From Escherichia coli (GTDB lineage: Bacteria > Pseudomonadota > Gammaproteobacteria > Enterobacterales > Enterobacteriaceae): a stretch of DNA of 64,000 bases. The DNA lies in assembly GCF_003334315.1 (NCBI RefSeq), contig NZ_QOWR01000003.1, one strand, 5' to 3'. Under the pieces are notes generated by a model. That model had not been told where the DNA came from and did no database searches. It saw only the letters and a list, made by a program, of their open reading frames with translations. Shown here in pieces: positions 42,285-53,490 of the stretch. A program made the translations under genes and the position numbers. How positions within the stretch are numbered: the stretch's first letter is position 1; each line of letters opens with the position of its first letter.

Positions 42285-43487
42285 ATGCGCATCCTTCACA
42301 CCTCAGACTGGCATCTCGGCCAGAACTTCTACAGTAAAAGCCGCGAAGCTGAACATCAGGCTTTTCTTGACTGGCTGCTGGAAACAGCACAAACCCATCA
42401 GGTGGATGCGATTATTGTTGCTGGTGATGTTTTCGATACCGGCTCGCCGCCCAGTTACGCCCGCACGTTATACAACCGTTTTGTTGTCAATTTACAGCAA
42501 ACTGGCTGTCATCTGGTGGTACTGGCAGGAAACCATGACTCGGTCGCCACGCTGAATGAATCGCGCGATATCATGGCGTTCCTCAATACGACCGTGGTCG
42601 CCAGCGCCGGACATGCGCCGCAAATCTTGCCTCGTCGCGACGGGACGCCAGGCGCAGTGCTGTGCCCCATTCCGTTTTTACGTCCGCGTGACATTATTAC
42701 CAGCCAGGCGGGGCTTAACGGTATTGAAAAACAGCAGCATTTACTGACAGCGATTACCGATTATTACCAACAACACTATGCCGATGCCTGCAAACTGCGC
42801 GGCGATCAGCCTCTGCCCATCATCGCCACGGGACATTTAACGACCGTGGGGGCCAGTAAAAGTGACGCCGTGCGTGACATTTATATTGGCACGCTGGACG
42901 CGTTTCCGGCACAAAACTTTCCACCAGTCGACTACATCGCGCTCGGGCATATTCACCGCGCACAGATTATTGGCGGCATGGAACATGTTCGCTATTGCGG
43001 CTCCCCCATTCCACTGAGTTTTGATGAATGCGGTAAGAGTAAATATGTCCATCTGGTGACATTTTCAAACGGCAAATTAGAGAGCGTGGAAAACCTGAAC
43101 GTACCGGTAACGCAACCCATGGCAGTGCTGAAAGGCGATCTGGCGTCGATTACCGCACAGCTGGAACAGTGGCGCGATGTATCGCAGGAGCCACCTGTCT
43201 GGCTGGATATCGAAATCACTACTGATGAGTATCTGCATGATATTCAGCGCAAAATCCAGGCATTAACCGAATCATTGCCTGTCGAAGTATTGCTGGTACG
43301 TCGGAGTCGTGAACAGCGCGAGCGTGTGTTAGCCAGCCAACAGCGTGAAACCCTCAGCGAACTCAGCGTCGAAGAGGTGTTCAATCGCCGTCTGGCACTG
43401 GAAGAACTGGATGAATCGCAGCAGCAACGTCTGCAGCATCTTTTCACCACGACGTTGCATACCCTCGCCGGAGAACACGAAGCATGA
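42285..43487 (+). CDS. sbcD: Nuclease SbcCD subunit D (Mre11-like phosphoesterase)
   Basis: 400-aa product [24 protein letters not shown]... from ATG at 42285; calcineurin-like motifs (DWHLG, GDVFD, GNHD). Confidence 0.95.
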   Translation: MRILHTSDWHLGQNFYSKSREAEHQAFLDWLLETAQTHQVDAIIVAGDVFDTGSPPSYARTLYNRFVVNLQQTGCHLVVLAGNHDSVATLNESRDIMAFLNTTVVASAGHAPQILPRRDGTPGAVLCPIPFLRPRDIITSQAGLNGIEKQQHLLTAITDYYQQHYADACKLRGDQPLPIIATGHLTTVGASKSDAVRDIYIGTLDAFPAQNFPPVDYIALGHIHRAQIIGGMEHVRYCGSPIPLSFDECGKSKYVHLVTFSNGKLESVENLNVPVTQPMAVLKGDLASITAQLEQWRDVSQEPPVWLDIEITTDEYLHDIQRKIQALTESLPVEVLLVRRSREQRERVLASQQRETLSELSVEEVFNRRLALEELDESQQQRLQHLFTTTLHTLAGEHEA

Positions 43488-46400
43488 AAATTCTCAGCCT
43501 GCGCCTGAAAAACCTGAACTCATTAAAAGGCGAATGGAAGATTGATTTCACCCGCGAGCCGTTCGCCAGCAACGGGCTGTTTGCTATTACCGGCCCAACA
43601 GGTGCGGGGAAAACCACCCTGCTGGACGCCATTTGTCTGGCGCTGTATCACGAAACTCCGCGTCTCTCTAACGTTTCACAATCGCAAAATGATCTCATGA
43701 CCCGCGATACCGCCGAATGTCTGGCGGAGGTGGAGTTTGAAGTGAAAGGTGAAGCGTACCGTGCATTCTGGAGCCAGAATCGGGCGCGTAACCAACCCGA
43801 CGGTAATTTGCAGGTGCCACGCGTAGAGCTGGCGCGCTGCGCCGACGGCAAAATTCTCGCCGACAAAGTGAAAGATAAGCTGGAACTGACAGCGACGTTA
43901 ACCGGGCTGGATTACGGGCGCTTCACCCGTTCGATGCTGCTTTCGCAGGGGCAATTTGCTGCCTTCCTGAATGCCAAACCCAAAGAACGCGCGGAATTGC
44001 TCGAGGAGTTAACCGGCACTGAAATCTACGGGCAAATCTCGGCGATGGTTTTTGAGCAGCACAAATCGGCCCGCACAGAGCTGGAGAAGCTGCAAGCGCA
44101 GGCCAGCGGCGTCACGTTGCTCACGCCGGAACAAGTGCAATCGCTGACAGCGAGTTTGCAGGTACTTACTGACGAAGAAAAACAGTTAATTACCGCGCAG
44201 CAGCAAGAACAACAATCGCTAAACTGGTTAACGCGTCAGGACGAATTGCAGCAAGAAGCCAGCCGCCGTCAGCAGGCCTTGCAACAGGCGTTAGCCGAAG
44301 AAGAAAAAGCGCAACCTCAACTGGCGGCGCTTAGTCTGGCACAACCGGCACGAAATCTTCGTCCACACTGGGAACGCATCGCAGAACACAGCGCGGCGCT
44401 GGCGCATATTCGCCAGCAGATTGAAGAAGTAAATACTCGCTTACAGAGCACAATGGCGCTTCGCGCGAGCATTCGCCACCACGCGGCGAAGCAGTCAGCA
44501 GAATTACAGCAGCAGCAACAAAGCCTGAATACCTGGTTACAGGAACACGACCGCTTCCGTCAGTGGAACAACGAACCGGCGGGTTGGCGTGCGCAGTTCT
44601 CCCAACAAACCAGCGATCGCGAGCATCTGCGGCAATGGCAGCAACAGTTAACCCATGCTGAGCAAAAACTTAATGCGCTTGCGGCGATCACGTTGACGTT
44701 AACCGCCGATGAAGTTGCTACCGCCCTGGCGCAACATGCTGAGCAACGCCCACTGCGTCAGCACCTGGTCGCGCTGCATGGACAGATTGTTCCCCAACAA
44801 AAACGTCTGGCGCAGTTACAGGTCGCTATCCAGAATGTCACGCAAGAACAGACGCAACGTAACGCCGCACTTAACGAAATGCGCCAGCGTTATAAAGAAA
44901 AGACGCAGCAACTTGCCGATGTGAAAACCATTTGCGAGCAGGAAGCGCGCATCAAAACGCTGGAAGCTCAACGTGCACAGTTACAGGCGGGTCAGCCTTG
45001 CCCACTTTGTGGTTCCACCAGCCACCCGGCGGTCGAGGCGTATCAGGCGCTGGAGCCTGGCGTTAATCAGTCTCGATTACTGGCGCTGGAAAACGAAGTT
45101 AAAAAGCTCGGTGAAGAAGGTGCGACGCTACGTGGGCAACTGGACGCCATAACAAAGCAGCTTCAGCGTGATGAAAACGAAGCGCAAAGCCTCCGACAAG
45201 ATGAGCAAGCACTTACTCAACAATGGCAAGCCGTCACGGCCAGCCTCAATATCACCTTGCAGCCACTGGACGATATTCAACCGTGGCTGGATGCACAAGA
45301 TGAGCACGAACGCCAGCTGCGGTTACTCAGCCAACGGCATGAATTACAAGGGCAGATTGCCGCGCATAATCAGCAAATTATCCAGTATCAACAGCAAATT
45401 GAACAACGCCAGCAACTACTTTTAACGACATTGACGGGTTATGCACTGACATTGCCACAGGAAGATGAAGAAGAGAGCTGGTTGGCGACACGTCAGCAAG
45501 AAGCGCAGAGCTGGCAGCAACGCCAGAACGAATTAACCGCGCTGCAAAACCGTATTCAGCAGCTGACGCCGATTCTGGAAACGTTGCCGCAAAGTGATGA
45601 ACTCCCGCACTGCGAAGAAACTGTGGTATTGGAAAACTGGCGGCAGGTACATGAACAATGTCTCGCATTACACAGCCAGCAGCAGACGTTACAGCAACAG
45701 GATGTTCTGGCGGCGCAAAGTCTGCAAAAAGCCCAGGCGCAGTTTGACACCGCGCTACAGGCCAGCGTCTTTGACGATCAGCAGGCGTTCCTTGCGGCGC
45801 TAATGGATGAACAAACACTAACGCAGCTGGAACAGCTCAAGCAGAATCTGGAAAACCAGCGCCGTCAGGCGCAAACTCTGGTCACTCAGACAGCAGAAAC
45901 GCTGGCACAGCATCAACAACACCGACCTGACGACGGGTTGGCTCTCACTGTGACGGTGGAGCAGATTCAGCAAGAGTTAGCGCAAACTCACCAAAAGTTG
46001 CGTGAAAACACCACGAGTCAAGGCGAGATTCGCCAGCAGCTGAAGCAGGATGCAGATAACCGTCAGCAACAACAAACCTTAATGCAGCAAATTGCTCAAA
46101 TGACGCAGCAGGTTGAGGACTGGGGATATCTGAATTCGCTAATAGGTTCCAAAGAGGGCGATAAATTCCGCAAGTTTGCCCAGGGGCTGACGCTGGATAA
46201 TTTAGTCCATCTCGCTAATCAGCAACTTACCCGGCTGCACGGGCGCTATCTGTTACAGCGCAAAGCCAGCGAGGCGCTGGAAGTCGAGGTTGTTGATACC
46301 TGGCAGGCAGATGCGGTACGCGATACCCGTACCCTTTCCGGCGGCGAAAGTTTCCTCGTTAGTCTGGCGCTGGCGCTGGCGCTTTCGGATCTGGTCAGCC

Positions 46401-46630
46401 ATAAAACACGTATTGACTCGCTGTTCCTTGATGAAGGTTTTGGCACGCTGGATAGCGAAACGCTGGATACCGCCCTTGATGCGCTGGATGCCCTGAACGC
46501 CAGTGGCAAAACCATCGGTGTGATTAGCCACGTAGAAGCGATGAAAGAGCGTATTCCGGTGCAGATCAAAGTGAAAAAGATCAACGGCCTGGGCTACAGC
46601 AAACTGGAAAGTACGTTTGCAGTGAAATAA
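43484..46630 (+). CDS. sbcC: Nuclease SbcCD subunit C (Rad50-like SMC ATPase)
   Basis: 1048-aa ORF; Walker [10 protein letters not shown], long Q/E-rich coiled coil with central CPLCG zinc hook, signature LSGGESF and Walker B LFLDEGF; ATGA overlap with sbcD. Confidence 0.97.
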   Translation: MKILSLRLKNLNSLKGEWKIDFTREPFASNGLFAITGPTGAGKTTLLDAICLALYHETPRLSNVSQSQNDLMTRDTAECLAEVEFEVKGEAYRAFWSQNRARNQPDGNLQVPRVELARCADGKILADKVKDKLELTATLTGLDYGRFTRSMLLSQGQFAAFLNAKPKERAELLEELTGTEIYGQISAMVFEQHKSARTELEKLQAQASGVTLLTPEQVQSLTASLQVLTDEEKQLITAQQQEQQSLNWLTRQDELQQEASRRQQALQQALAEEEKAQPQLAALSLAQPARNLRPHWERIAEHSAALAHIRQQIEEVNTRLQSTMALRASIRHHAAKQSAELQQQQQSLNTWLQEHDRFRQWNNEPAGWRAQFSQQTSDREHLRQWQQQLTHAEQKLNALAAITLTLTADEVATALAQHAEQRPLRQHLVALHGQIVPQQKRLAQLQVAIQNVTQEQTQRNAALNEMRQRYKEKTQQLADVKTICEQEARIKTLEAQRAQLQAGQPCPLCGSTSHPAVEAYQALEPGVNQSRLLALENEVKKLGEEGATLRGQLDAITKQLQRDENEAQSLRQDEQALTQQWQAVTASLNITLQPLDDIQPWLDAQDEHERQLRLLSQRHELQGQIAAHNQQIIQYQQQIEQRQQLLLTTLTGYALTLPQEDEEESWLATRQQEAQSWQQRQNELTALQNRIQQLTPILETLPQSDELPHCEETVVLENWRQVHEQCLALHSQQQTLQQQDVLAAQSLQKAQAQFDTALQASVFDDQQAFLAALMDEQTLTQLEQLKQNLENQRRQAQTLVTQTAETLAQHQQHRPDDGLALTVTVEQIQQELAQTHQKLRENTTSQGEIRQQLKQDADNRQQQQTLMQQIAQMTQQVEDWGYLNSLIGSKEGDKFRKFAQGLTLDNLVHLANQQLTRLHGRYLLQRKASEALEVEVVDTWQADAVRDTRTLSGGESFLVSLALALALSDLVSHKTRIDSLFLDEGFGTLDSETLDTALDALDALNASGKTIGVISHVEAMKERIPVQIKVKKINGLGYSKLESTFAVK

Positions 46631-46755
46631 CTATTCAGCAGGATAATGAATACAGAGGGGCGAATTATCTCTTGGCCTTGCTGGTCGTTATCCTGCAAGC
46701 TATCACTTTATTGGCTACGGTGATTGGTAGCCGTTCTGGTGGTTGTGATGGTGGT

Positions 46756-47940
46756 ATGAAAAAAGTCATTTTATCTTTGGCTCTGGGCACGTTTGGTTTG
46801 GGGATGGCCGAATTTGGCATTATGGGCGTGCTCACGGAGCTGGCGCATAACGTAGGAATTTCGATTCCTGCCGCCGGGCATATGATCTCGTATTATGCAC
46901 TGGGGGTGGTGGTCGGTGCGCCAATCATCGCACTCTTTTCCAGCCGCTACTCACTCAAACATATCTTGTTGTTTCTGGTGGCGTTGTGCGTCATTGGCAA
47001 CGCCATGTTCACGCTCTCTTCGTCTTACCTGATGCTCGCCATTGGTCGGCTGGTATCCGGCTTTCCGCATGGCGCATTTTTTGGCGTCGGAGCGATCGTG
47101 TTATCAAAAATTATCAAACCCGGAAAAGTCACCGCCGCCGTGGCGGGGATGGTTTCCGGGATGACAGTCGCCAATTTGCTGGGCATTCCGCTGGGAACGT
47201 ATTTAAGTCAGGAATTTAGCTGGCGTTACACCTTTTTATTGATCGCTGTTTTTAATATTGCGGTGATGGCATCGGTCTATTTTTGGGTGCCAGATATTCG
47301 CGACGAGGCGAAAGGAAATCTGCGCGAACAATTTCACTTTTTGCGCAGCCCGGCCCCGTGGTTAATTTTCGCCGCCACGATGTTTGGCAACGCAGGTGTG
47401 TTTGCCTGGTTCAGCTACGTAAAGCCATACATGATGTTTATTTCCGGTTTTTCGGAAACGGCGATGACCTTTATTATGATGTTAGTTGGGCTAGGGATGG
47501 TGCTGGGAAATATGCTAAGTGGCAGGATTTCAGGACGTTATTCACCACTGCGCATTGCAGCAGTGACTGACTTTATAATTGTACTGGCACTGCTGATGCT
47601 CTTTTTCTGCGGCGGCATGAAAACAACGTCGCTTATTTTTGCTTTTATTTGTTGCGCGGGATTATTTGCCCTTTCAGCACCGCTACAAATATTGTTACTA
47701 CAAAACGCCAAAGGCGGAGAGTTATTAGGTGCCGCAGGTGGGCAAATAGCGTTTAACCTCGGTAGCGCCGTCGGCGCATATTGCGGAGGTATGATGCTGA
47801 CGCTGGGGCTGGCATATAATTACGTGGCGCTGCCTGCCGCCCTGCTTTCATTTGCTGCGATGTCGTCGTTGCTGCTGTATGGTCGCTATAAGCGCCAGCA
47901 AGCGGCGGATACTCCGGTGCTGGCGAAACCACTGGGGTAG
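46756..47940 (+). CDS. araJ: MFS transporter AraJ
   Basis: 394-aa product MKKVILSLALGTFGLGMAEFGIMG... from ATG at 46756; ORF track extension rejected. Confidence 0.9.
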   Translation: MKKVILSLALGTFGLGMAEFGIMGVLTELAHNVGISIPAAGHMISYYALGVVVGAPIIALFSSRYSLKHILLFLVALCVIGNAMFTLSSSYLMLAIGRLVSGFPHGAFFGVGAIVLSKIIKPGKVTAAVAGMVSGMTVANLLGIPLGTYLSQEFSWRYTFLLIAVFNIAVMASVYFWVPDIRDEAKGNLREQFHFLRSPAPWLIFAATMFGNAGVFAWFSYVKPYMMFISGFSETAMTFIMMLVGLGMVLGNMLSGRISGRYSPLRIAAVTDFIIVLALLMLFFCGGMKTTSLIFAFICCAGLFALSAPLQILLLQNAKGGELLGAAGGQIAFNLGSAVGAYCGGMMLTLGLAYNYVALPAALLSFAAMSSLLLYGRYKRQQAADTPVLAKPLG

Positions 47941-47967
47941 GTTATAGTCTCGGTGCTCATTACTTAT

Positions 47968-48067
47968 TGCCGGATGCGGCGTGAACGCCTTATCCGCCCT
48001 ACGCGGTTCTGGCACATTTTGCAGGCCTGATAAGACGCGGCAAGCGTCGCATCAGGCATGATGCGCC
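47968..48067. repeat. Two REP elements (BIME)
   Basis: TGCCGGATGCGGCGTGAACGCCTTATCCGCCCTAC and GCAGGCCTGATAAGACGCGGCAAGCGTCGCATCAGGCATGATGCGCC between the convergent araJ and mak ends. Confidence 0.85.
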
Positions 48068-48082
48068 AATTGCCTACGTTTT

Positions 48083-48991
48083 TTACTCTTGTGGCCATAA
48101 CCACGCAGCGCCGCGTACGCCGCTGGAATCACCGTGCTTCGCCTTACGCACCGGCGTTTCACATTCGCCGCCGAAGACAAATTGTTTAATCAACTGCCCA
48201 ACCGTTTGATATAAACGGTCTACATTGCTCATCCCGCCCCCCAGGACAATCACATCCGGATCGAGAATATTCACGACATGTGCCAGCGATTTTGCCAGCC
48301 GCAGCTCGTAGCGACGCAATGCCAGTTCCGCTACCGGATCGCTTTCTTCAACCAGGCGGATAATTTCACTGCCTTTCAGCGCATGTCCGCTCAAACGACG
48401 ATAATCCATCGCGAATCCCGTGCCCGAAATAAAGGTTTCAATACAACCTTGTTTACCGCAATAACAAGGGACTTCCTCGCGATAACGCAGTTCGTCTTCG
48501 TCCATCCACGGTAGCGGATTGTGTCCCCACTCACCTGCCGTGCCATTGCCGCCGATATGCGCCCGCCCATTGAATGCCACGCCCGCGCCGCATCCCGTGC
48601 CGATAATCACGGCAAATACCGTCTGCGCTCCCGCTGCCGCGCCATCTACTGCTTCTGAAACCGCCAGACAGTTAGCGTCATTTGCCAGCCGCACTTCCCG
48701 CTGCAACCTCGCGCTTAAGTCTTTATCGAATGGCTGACCGTTGAGCCAGGTTGAATTGGCATTCTTCACCACACCGGTGTAAGGCGAAATTGAGCCAGGA
48801 ATGCCCATACCTACCGTTCCGCGCTGCCCCGTCGCCTGCTCCGCCATATCAACCAACGTGGCGATCGTTTCAATAGTCTGCCGGTAATCATCACGCGGCG
48901 TGGGCAGACGATGGCGGTACAACTGCTCCCCTGCATCGCCCAGTGCAATCACTTCAGTTTTGGTGCCGCCTAAATCGATACCTATACGCAC
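48083..48991 (-). CDS. mak: Fructokinase / manno(fructo)kinase Mak (ROK family)
   Basis: ROK-family sugar kinase with CYCGKQGC zinc motif; start taken as GTG (rc of 48989-48991) preceded by AAGGAGAG, giving 302 aa ([14 protein letters not shown]...); start is uncertain. Confidence 0.88.
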
Positions 48992-49115
48992 GGTACTCTC
49001 CTTATTTTTTTCAATATCAATAGCGTAGAGACGGACAACCGGATTGGCAATGCAAGGCCGCCGACAATTCGTTATCATGCCCGCTAAATTTAACGACAAG
49101 GCCGTGGAAATTATC

Positions 49116-50027
49116 ATGCTGTGGTTCAAAAATTTAATGGTTTACCGTCTTAGCCGCGAGATTTCGCTGCGTGCAGAAGAGATGGAAAAACAGCTAGCCT
49201 CGATGGCATTTACCCCATGCGGCAGCCAGGACATGGCGAAGATGGGCTGGGTTCCTCCGATGGGATCGCACAGCGATGCGTTAACGCACGTTGCCAATGG
49301 TCAAATTGTTATCTGCGCGCGCAAAGAAGAAAAAATCCTCCCGTCTCCGGTGATTAAACAGGCGCTGGAAGCGAAAATCGCCAAACTGGAAGCGGAACAG
49401 GCGCGTAAGCTGAAGAAAACCGAAAAAGATTCGCTGAAAGACGAAGTGCTGCACTCTCTGCTGCCGCGTGCTTTCAGCCGTTTTAGCCAGACAATGATGT
49501 GGATCGACACGGTTAACGGTTTGATTATGGTGGACTGCGCCAGTGCCAAAAAAGCGGAAGATACGCTGGCATTACTGCGTAAAAGCCTGGGGTCGTTACC
49601 GGTTGTACCATTGAGCATGGAAAACCCGATTGAACTGACGCTGACCGAATGGGTACGTTCCGGTAGTGCGGCACAGGGCTTCCAGCTGCTTGATGAAGCC
49701 GAGCTGAAATCGTTGCTGGAAGATGGCGGCGTGATCCGCGCGAAGAAACAAGATCTGACCAGCGAAGAGATCACCAATCACATTGAAGCCGGAAAAGTGG
49801 TGACTAAACTGGCGCTCGACTGGCAGCAGCGCATTCAGTTTGTGATGTGCGACGATGGTTCGCTCAAGCGTCTGAAGTTCTGCGACGAGCTGCGCGATCA
49901 AAACGAAGATATCGACCGTGAAGATTTCGCCCAGCGTTTTGATGCCGATTTCATCCTGATGACTGGTGAACTGGTAGCGTTAATTCAAAACCTGATTGAA
50001 GGATTAGGTGGCGAAGCACAACGTTAA
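49116..50027 (+). CDS. rdgC: Recombination-associated protein RdgC
   Basis: 303-aa product [27 protein letters not shown]... from ATG at 49116. Confidence 0.94.
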   Translation: MLWFKNLMVYRLSREISLRAEEMEKQLASMAFTPCGSQDMAKMGWVPPMGSHSDALTHVANGQIVICARKEEKILPSPVIKQALEAKIAKLEAEQARKLKKTEKDSLKDEVLHSLLPRAFSRFSQTMMWIDTVNGLIMVDCASAKKAEDTLALLRKSLGSLPVVPLSMENPIELTLTEWVRSGSAAQGFQLLDEAELKSLLEDGGVIRAKKQDLTSEEITNHIEAGKVVTKLALDWQQRIQFVMCDDGSLKRLKFCDELRDQNEDIDREDFAQRFDADFILMTGELVALIQNLIEGLGGEAQR

Positions 50028-50044
50028 TTGCTGATTTTCCTTTA

Positions 50045-50083
50045 ATGCCGGATGCGACGCCTGCCGCGTCTTATCCGGCGTAC
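50045..50083. repeat. REP element
   Basis: ATGCCGGATGCGACGCCTGCCGCGTCTTATCCGGCGTAC 18 nt after the rdgC stop. Confidence 0.8.
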
Positions 50084-50184
50084 GAAGCCACACCAGGCAT
50101 ATAATTATTCGCTACGGCGAGCAATAATTTTTAGCGCAGCAATATTATGCGTTTTACGCTGTAACTTGCTCCATGGACGTTGTG

Positions 50185-50466
50185 TCATTGTTTTTCCTCA
50201 AGCCGGTGACGCGCTTCACTGCGAATTTTCCGCGTTGCCCCGGTTTTCACTAAATCACGTAACAGCGAAAGATCGGGTTGTTCGACAAATAAGAGTAATG
50301 ATGGATCCTCTTTTAACCACGCCGTTTTCACATCGGCAGCCAGCTGTGGATTATTAATAGCCAGCGACCGATCCTGAGGCTCAGTCAATGTCGTTAACAA
50401 CAACGCCGGGGTATGTGCGTTGCGCAATGCCGTTTGGCGTAAATGATCATTGCGACTTTGCAGCAA
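50185..50466 (-). pseudogene. ykiA: ATG-less ORF; probable gene remnant (ykiA-like)
   Basis: 93-codon minus-strand frame containing no ATG/Met codon at all (track start is TTG), no SD, adjoining an AT-rich stretch; position between rdgC and ppnP matches where I recall ykiA in K-12. Confidence 0.4.
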
Positions 50467-50673
50467 TGCACGCCACCATTCATCATCTGATTTATCTTTT
50501 ATCGTAGCCAGTTCCGCAACAATATCTGGAGATCTTCACTGATATTTATATCAACCTTGATAAATTATGAATATATCGGAAATTGAAAAAATCGCAGCAA
50601 AGGAAATATTATTATGGGTTAAAGAAAGGATATTTCAGAAAAATGCCCTCCCGTTCAAGGGGAAGGCGAGGAA

Positions 50674-50958
50674 TTACAGATAGCGGCACAGATAAGAGGT
50701 GGGTTCGGCAACTTGCAGATGAAACTCACTGTGACCGGGAACATTAAACACCGAACCGGCTTCATACACTTGCCAGTCGGTCGCGTCAGGCAGTAACACA
50801 TTCAGCGCGCCACTGATTACCGTCATCTCTTCCGGCTCAGCGGTGCTGAAGGTGTATTCGCCTTCAACCATAACACCCACGCTGGCGCGACCAGTGCTGC
50901 TGCTGGAAAAGCCGATCGATTTCACTTTGCCGGAAAAGTACTCATTACTTTGAAGCAT
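50674..50958 (-). CDS. ppnP: Pyrimidine/purine nucleoside phosphorylase PpnP (formerly YaiE)
   Basis: 94-aa [40 protein letters not shown]... Confidence 0.93.
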
Positions 50959-51029
50959 AAACTGGCCCTGTCTGGTAGTTGAACATCTACTTCACTATAG
51001 GGGCCAGAGGCGCTGGCTGTCACGCAAAA

Positions 51030-51707
51030 TTACACCAGTAATTCCGCAGCCAGCCGTGCAATCAATACGTTAGAGAGCAAGACAGGAACATCGAGCTGTT
51101 TTTGCAGTAAATCGCGATGACGCTGGTTAAATCCCAAACAATCCAGCATGATGACATCAGCCCCTTTTGCCAGTAATTCTTTCCCGGCATCAATGATTTT
51201 TTGTTCTGAATCATGAATGGGGTTACCCAATGAAAATACCGGCGGTTTCTGCAAAATTTGCCATTTTTGCGCCTGAACGGTCAGCAACTCCTCAACCGGT
51301 ACGATAACCCCTACCTGATGATCTTCAACAATAGAGGAAACCAGCGGTGGCAATATCCGCGACGGCTCAAGAAAGATCGTATTACGCGCAGTCATACTAC
51401 TAATGTTTGCCGTACTCATTAATATAATGACGTCGTAGCCCTGATTATCGAGCACTTCAACCACACCTTGCAGGTCACGCTCTACTTTGCGACGCGAAAC
51501 ATGGGCCAGATGGTTGTCATTTAATAATGTGAGAATTGTGTCTTCGCCTGCTTCTGGCGCGTACTCCGCCATCACTTCTTCGCGGCTTAACTTCCCCAGC
51601 AGGCTATGATGGGAAATATTATCTTCGTCAATGTATTCTGTCAGGAGCGGCAAAACTTCCTGCATAGGTACAATGCCGATGGTTAGAATCGCCAACGACG
51701 CACTCAT
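51030..51707 (-). CDS. aroM: Protein AroM (function unknown)
   Basis: 225-aa ORF downstream of aroL-yaiA. Confidence 0.93.
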   Translation of the reverse strand: MSASLAILTIGIVPMQEVLPLLTEYIDEDNISHHSLLGKLSREEVMAEYAPEAGEDTILTLLNDNHLAHVSRRKVERDLQGVVEVLDNQGYDVIILMSTANISSMTARNTIFLEPSRILPPLVSSIVEDHQVGVIVPVEELLTVQAQKWQILQKPPVFSLGNPIHDSEQKIIDAGKELLAKGADVIMLDCLGFNQRHRDLLQKQLDVPVLLSNVLIARLAAELLV

Positions 51708-51964
51708 TGTTCTTCCACCTTACTTTTATTTCGTCGTTAATTACCGGGCAAGTGTTAAGCACCACTGCTGACACTTACTTGTGCTACAAATGACAAAAAG
51801 CGTAGCAGCAGACGTGCACGGCATAATGTAAAGATTCCAAATGATTCCAGTAATGGATTGTTATTGTTTAATATTCTAATTATTTGAAAAACATGAATTA
51901 TGAAAAATGTGACGCAGATCCCTTGTAGTGGCACTCAGAATCCCTTCCGAGCAGTCTGATGCGG

Positions 51965-52165
<201 letters not shown>

Positions 52166-52205
52166 TTATTTCACGGGATGAACGTTAAGTATAGGCGCTC
52201 GAAAA

Positions 52206-52730
52206 TCAACAATTGATCGTCTGTGCCAGGGCGCTGCGAATTTCAGAAATCACCTGGCTGGGTTCGTTTGTTGCGTCGATGATAATATGCGCAACTTCGC
52301 GATATAGCGCATCGCGTTCTTCCAGCACTTCCTGAACTTCTTCGCTCAGCGGTTTTCCCGTTAAGGTTGGCCGTAAATCTTCTTCCGGTGCAGCTTGCAG
52401 TCGGTTAACCAGGACTGATACTGGCGCACACAAATAAACCACGATCCCGTTATTTTGCATGAAGTGACGATTAAATTCCGTCAGAATAATGCCGCCGCCT
52501 GTAGCGATAACGGTGGATGGCGCAGTTACCGCTTCCAGCGCCGCCGTTTCTCTGGCGCGAAATCCCGCCCACTCTTCCCTTTCGACGATCTCCGCGACCG
52601 TCATATTGAGCTGTGATTGCAACCACTGATCGGTATCGACAAACCGACGGTTAAGCGAATCGGCAAGGGCCATTCCGACCGTTGTTTTACCACAGCCCCG
52701 AGGCCCGATCAGAAAAAGAGGTTGTGTCAT
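52206..52730 (-). CDS. aroL: Shikimate kinase 2
   Basis: 174-aa ORF with Walker [10 protein letters not shown]. Confidence 0.97.
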
Positions 52731-52789
52731 CGTGGGTTTTCCCCAATAGGTCGCAATGCGGCGAAAGCCGGTGTCATGAGAATAGCGAT

Positions 52790-52809
52790 CATACCATCAA
52801 ACTAGTACA
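52790..52809 (-). promoter_or_regulatory. Probable TrpR operator in the aroL promoter
   Basis: Minus strand reads GTACTAGTTTGATGGTATGAT, containing the GTACTAGT trp-operator half-site overlapping a TATGAT -10-like hexamer. Confidence 0.4.
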
Positions 52810-52817
52810 ATTTCGAT

Positions 52818-52835
52818 TGTAAAGGAAAAATTCCA
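52818..52835 (-). promoter_or_regulatory. Possible TyrR box (weak)
   Basis: TGTAAA-GGAAAA-ATTCCA; one half-site matches the TGTAAA-N6-TTTACA consensus. Confidence 0.4.
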
Positions 52836-52893
52836 CTTAAAGTGAAAATCTCAATACACCCCTTACTATACCAATAAATATTCAAGAATGAAG

Positions 52894-52911
52894 TGTAAAT
52901 AATAAATTACA
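52894..52911 (-). promoter_or_regulatory. TyrR box (strong)
   Basis: TGTAAA-TAATAA-ATTACA, 11 of 12 match to TGTAAA-N6-TTTACA; overlaps the yaiI stop codon. Confidence 0.55.
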
Positions 52912-53371
52912 TTTGGCCGCGACTACGTTGCACTTCCAGCCACCATTTCTCCAGCTCCGCAGCAAAGGCCTGGCGGTCACGTTGTGAAAGACTATCTGGT
53001 CCGCCGGTCTGGATCCCACTGGCACGTAAGGTATCCATAAAATCGCGCATCGTCAGGCGCTCACGAATGGTCGCTGGCGTGTAACGTTCGCCGCGCGGAT
53101 TAATCGCCGCAGCGCCTTTCTCGATGGCTTCAGCAGCCAAAGGTATATCTGCGGTGATCACCAAATCGCCCGCTTCACACTGCCGGACAATTTCGTTATC
53201 GGCAACGTCGAAACCTGCCGCGACGCGCAGCGTACGAATAAATCGCGATGGCGGCACGCGTAAACTCTGGTTTGCTACCAGTACCAGCGGCATCTGCATA
53301 CGTTCCGCCGCGCGATACAAAATCTCTTTAATTACATTGGGACACGCGTCGGCATCCACCCAAATTGTCAT
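52907..53371 (-). CDS. yaiI: UPF0178-family protein YaiI (function unknown)
   Basis: 154-codon product [35 protein letters not shown]... from ATG (rc of 53369-53371); ORF track extension rejected. Confidence 0.88.
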   Translation of the reverse strand: MTIWVDADACPNVIKEILYRAAERMQMPLVLVANQSLRVPPSRFIRTLRVAAGFDVADNEIVRQCEAGDLVITADIPLAAEAIEKGAAAINPRGERYTPATIRERLTMRDFMDTLRASGIQTGGPDSLSQRDRQAFAAELEKWWLEVQRSRGQM

Positions 53372-53490
53372 AAAGTCATCCTTTGTTGGGTAATCCTCTA
53401 TTGTGTCGCGCTTTTGCCTTCCGGCATAGTTCTGTTTATGCTTCTGCCAGCGATTATCAAAACAATGAATTTCACGGCAGGAGTGAGGCA

